Sequence record: SRR20825019_235 | Reading direction: 5' to 3' (one strand) | DNA: 64,000 nucleotides | Part shown: piece after piece, positions 62,223 through 64,000 of the stretch | How positions within the stretch are numbered: the stretch's first letter is position 1 | Layout of the letters: each line of letters begins with the position of its first letter | The notes under the pieces: model-generated | What the model was told of the DNA's origin: nothing | What the model saw: only the letters and a program-made list of their open reading frames with translations | Database searches by the model: none | Made by a program: the position numbers and the translations under genes

Positions 62223-62696
62223 ATGAAGAACATGAAAAAAGGTCCATTTGTGCTCTTTTTTGCTCTTACATCGCTTCATGTTTTAGGACAAGAAGTTGTG
62301 TCTACACAAGGTGATTCTTACACGAATGGCAGTGGAAGTATTGCCTTTACAATCGGTGAAGTAGTTATTAATACGGGAACTGATGGAACAAATGATATTA
62401 CCCAAGGTTTTCATCAAACCAATTGGAGTTTTTTAGGAGTGATTGATTATTCACCAAACTACGAAGCTACAGTTTTCCCAAATCCAGTTGCTGAAACGTT
62501 GAACATCAAGACAAACAGTTTTGAAAACGTGTCTTACTTGCTTTATGACGAGCAGGGGAGACTTGTACTCCAGGACAAACTCTCTGCAGAAATTACTTCG
62601 ATTCAAGTAAGTCAACTCGCACCTGGAAGCTATTCTGTTGTATTGAATAAAGAGTCAAAAAAACTCAAAACATTTAAACTAGTTAAAACTCATTAG
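62223..62696 (+). CDS. Small secreted protein with T9SS type A C-terminal domain
   Basis: Signal ending VLGQ; QEVVSTQGD...FTIGEVVI.T......TQGFHQ; CTD VFPNP..YDEQGRLV..PGSY..TFKLVK. Confidence 0.88.
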   Translation: MKNMKKGPFVLFFALTSLHVLGQEVVSTQGDSYTNGSGSIAFTIGEVVINTGTDGTNDITQGFHQTNWSFLGVIDYSPNYEATVFPNPVAETLNIKTNSFENVSYLLYDEQGRLVLQDKLSAEITSIQVSQLAPGSYSVVLNKESKKLKTFKLVKTH

Positions 62697-62742
62697 AAAG
62701 AATTGCTCGGTAATCATAAACTCCCTAAAAAACAAATAAGTT

Positions 62743-64000
62743 ATGTATAAAAGAATTTTACTCTCACTCGTTGCGATTGCAACAATCACAGCATCCGCTT
62801 TCGGACAAGTACCAGAAGGTTTTAAATATCAAGCAGTTGTTAGAAATTCAGGAAATGTCATTTTAAATAACCAGGCAATTGGAATGCAAATAGAAATACT
62901 CCAAGGAGGAATTTCGGGAACAGCAGTTTACACAGAGTCATTCGCTCCAACAACAAATGATTACGGGTTGGTTAACTTGGAAATTGGAACAGGTTCAACT
63001 TCAGATAATTTCTCCGCAATTGATTGGGCGAATGATAGCTACTTTATTCGTACTTCGATCGACGTTACTGGCGGTTCTTCGTATGTAGTTATGGGAACAA
63101 ATCAATTAATGAGTGTGCCTTATGCTTTGCATGCAAAAACAGCTGAAAGTGTAATAAATGACTTAGTGAATGATGCAGACGCTGATCCAGCGAATGAAAT
63201 CCAAAATTTGTCACTAACAGGTAATATCTTAACAATTACAAACAATGGAGCTGCAACTTTAATTGATCTTTCGGCTTATTTAGACGATACGGATACACAA
63301 TTAAGTGAGGCGCAAGTGGATGCAATGGTCGCAAACAACGGGTATATCACAAATCCAGATGATGCCGATGCCGATCCAGCGAATGAAATTCAAGATTTGT
63401 CTTTAACTGGAAATATCTTAACAATTACGAACAATGGAGCCGCAACTTCAATTGATCTTTCGGTTTATTTAGACAATACGGATACACAATTAAATGAGGC
63501 GCAAGTGGATGCGATGGTAGCAAACAACGGTTACATCACAAGTCCAAATGACGCGGATTCTGACCCAACCAATGAAATTCAAAATATTTCTTTGTCAGGA
63601 ACTAATTTGACACTTTCTAGTGGAGCAACAATTGATCTTTCCGGAATTGATACAGACACAGATACGCACATTGATTCTATTGGCATAGCCGGTTTAGGTT
63701 TTGTTGCTGGATCGCATAAAATGGTAGATTATTCTTATTCTGAGCAGGCAACTGGTCGTTTCTGGGTAGATGGTAGTGAAATTTATACTCAAACGTTTAT
63801 TAGATCAGGAACCGCTTATCCAAACTGGACCGTACCAACTTCTCCACAGATGGCTAGAATTGTGAATGTCGAATATATGTTGATCTCCAATATTCCATTC
63901 CCGAATAGTAGAACATACAATAGCTATCATGCTTATGTAACTTGGGACAATCCAGGATCTCCAGGGTATATTGTAATGACATCCGCAGATGGAAGCACAC
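62743..64000 (+). CDS. Secreted fibre/adhesin-like repeat protein, partial (open at window end; absent from the ORF track)
   Basis: Read by hand: MYKRILLSLVAIATITASAFGQVPEGFKYQAVVRN...QLMSVPYALHAKTAE, then 63-aa repeats, then YSYSEQATGRFWVDGSEIYTQT; no in-frame stop. Confidence 0.88.
   Translation, partial: MYKRILLSLVAIATITASAFGQVPEGFKYQAVVRNSGNVILNNQAIGMQIEILQGGISGTAVYTESFAPTTNDYGLVNLEIGTGSTSDNFSAIDWANDSYFIRTSIDVTGGSSYVVMGTNQLMSVPYALHAKTAESVINDLVNDADADPANEIQNLSLTGNILTITNNGAATLIDLSAYLDDTDTQLSEAQVDAMVANNGYITNPDDADADPANEIQDLSLTGNILTITNNGAATSIDLSVYLDNTDTQLNEAQVDAMVANNGYITSPNDADSDPTNEIQNISLSGTNLTLSSGATIDLSGIDTDTDTHIDSIGIAGLGFVAGSHKMVDYSYSEQATGRFWVDGSEIYTQTFIRSGTAYPNWTVPTSPQMARIVNVEYMLISNIPFPNSRTYNSYHAYVTWDNPGSPGYIVMTSADGST
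63172..63660 (+). repeat. In-frame tandem repeat, 189-bp (63-aa) period, two full copies and one partial
   Basis: GA(T/C)CCA(G/A)C.AATGAAAT anchors at 63184, 63373 and 63562; unit DADADPANEIQ.LSLTGNILTITNNGAAT.IDLS.YLD.TDTQL.EAQVDAMVANNGYIT.P. Confidence 0.92.

Noticed and set aside
63172-63660. Repeat considered as a CRISPR array or DGR template/variable repeat
   Set aside because: In-frame coding tandem units without spacers; differences are not adenine-specific; no cas or reverse transcriptase gene in the window

Overview
Chromosomal segment of a Bacteroidota bacterium, probably Flavobacteriales. This is inferred from TAnnTTTG -7 promoters, A-rich starts without SD sequences, T9SS C-terminal domains and the bamD-rpoZ-coaBC-porD-recN gene order. 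Most of the window (about 3.3-55.6 kb) is housekeeping backbone: maf, UbiA, OmpA/PD40, queE, a Kir channel, serC-serA-DUF1015-yggS, THX, HU, fmt, rlmI, a LexA-like repressor, recQ, ilvE, an ECF module, prmC-ligA-dapA-nrnA-FKBPs and bamD to recN. Accessory parts are: (1) 1-3.3 kb, a DUF6922/AbiEii toxin-antitoxin pair and small stress genes separated by degenerate attC-like elements sharing an exact 17-bp repeat, suggesting a decayed cassette array with no integrase in view; (2) 12.5-17.4 kb, a cobalamin riboswitch heading a T9SS-tagged DUF4465 protein, BtuB, BtuG and a TPMT-like methyltransferase; (3) 55.6-64 kb, LytS/LytTR modules and a small T9SS protein paired with a secreted repeat protein carrying a phage tail-fibre-like motif, which runs off the window end. 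No rRNA, tRNA, CRISPR array, transposase or integrase was recognised. All family calls come from motif recognition by eye, not database searches.
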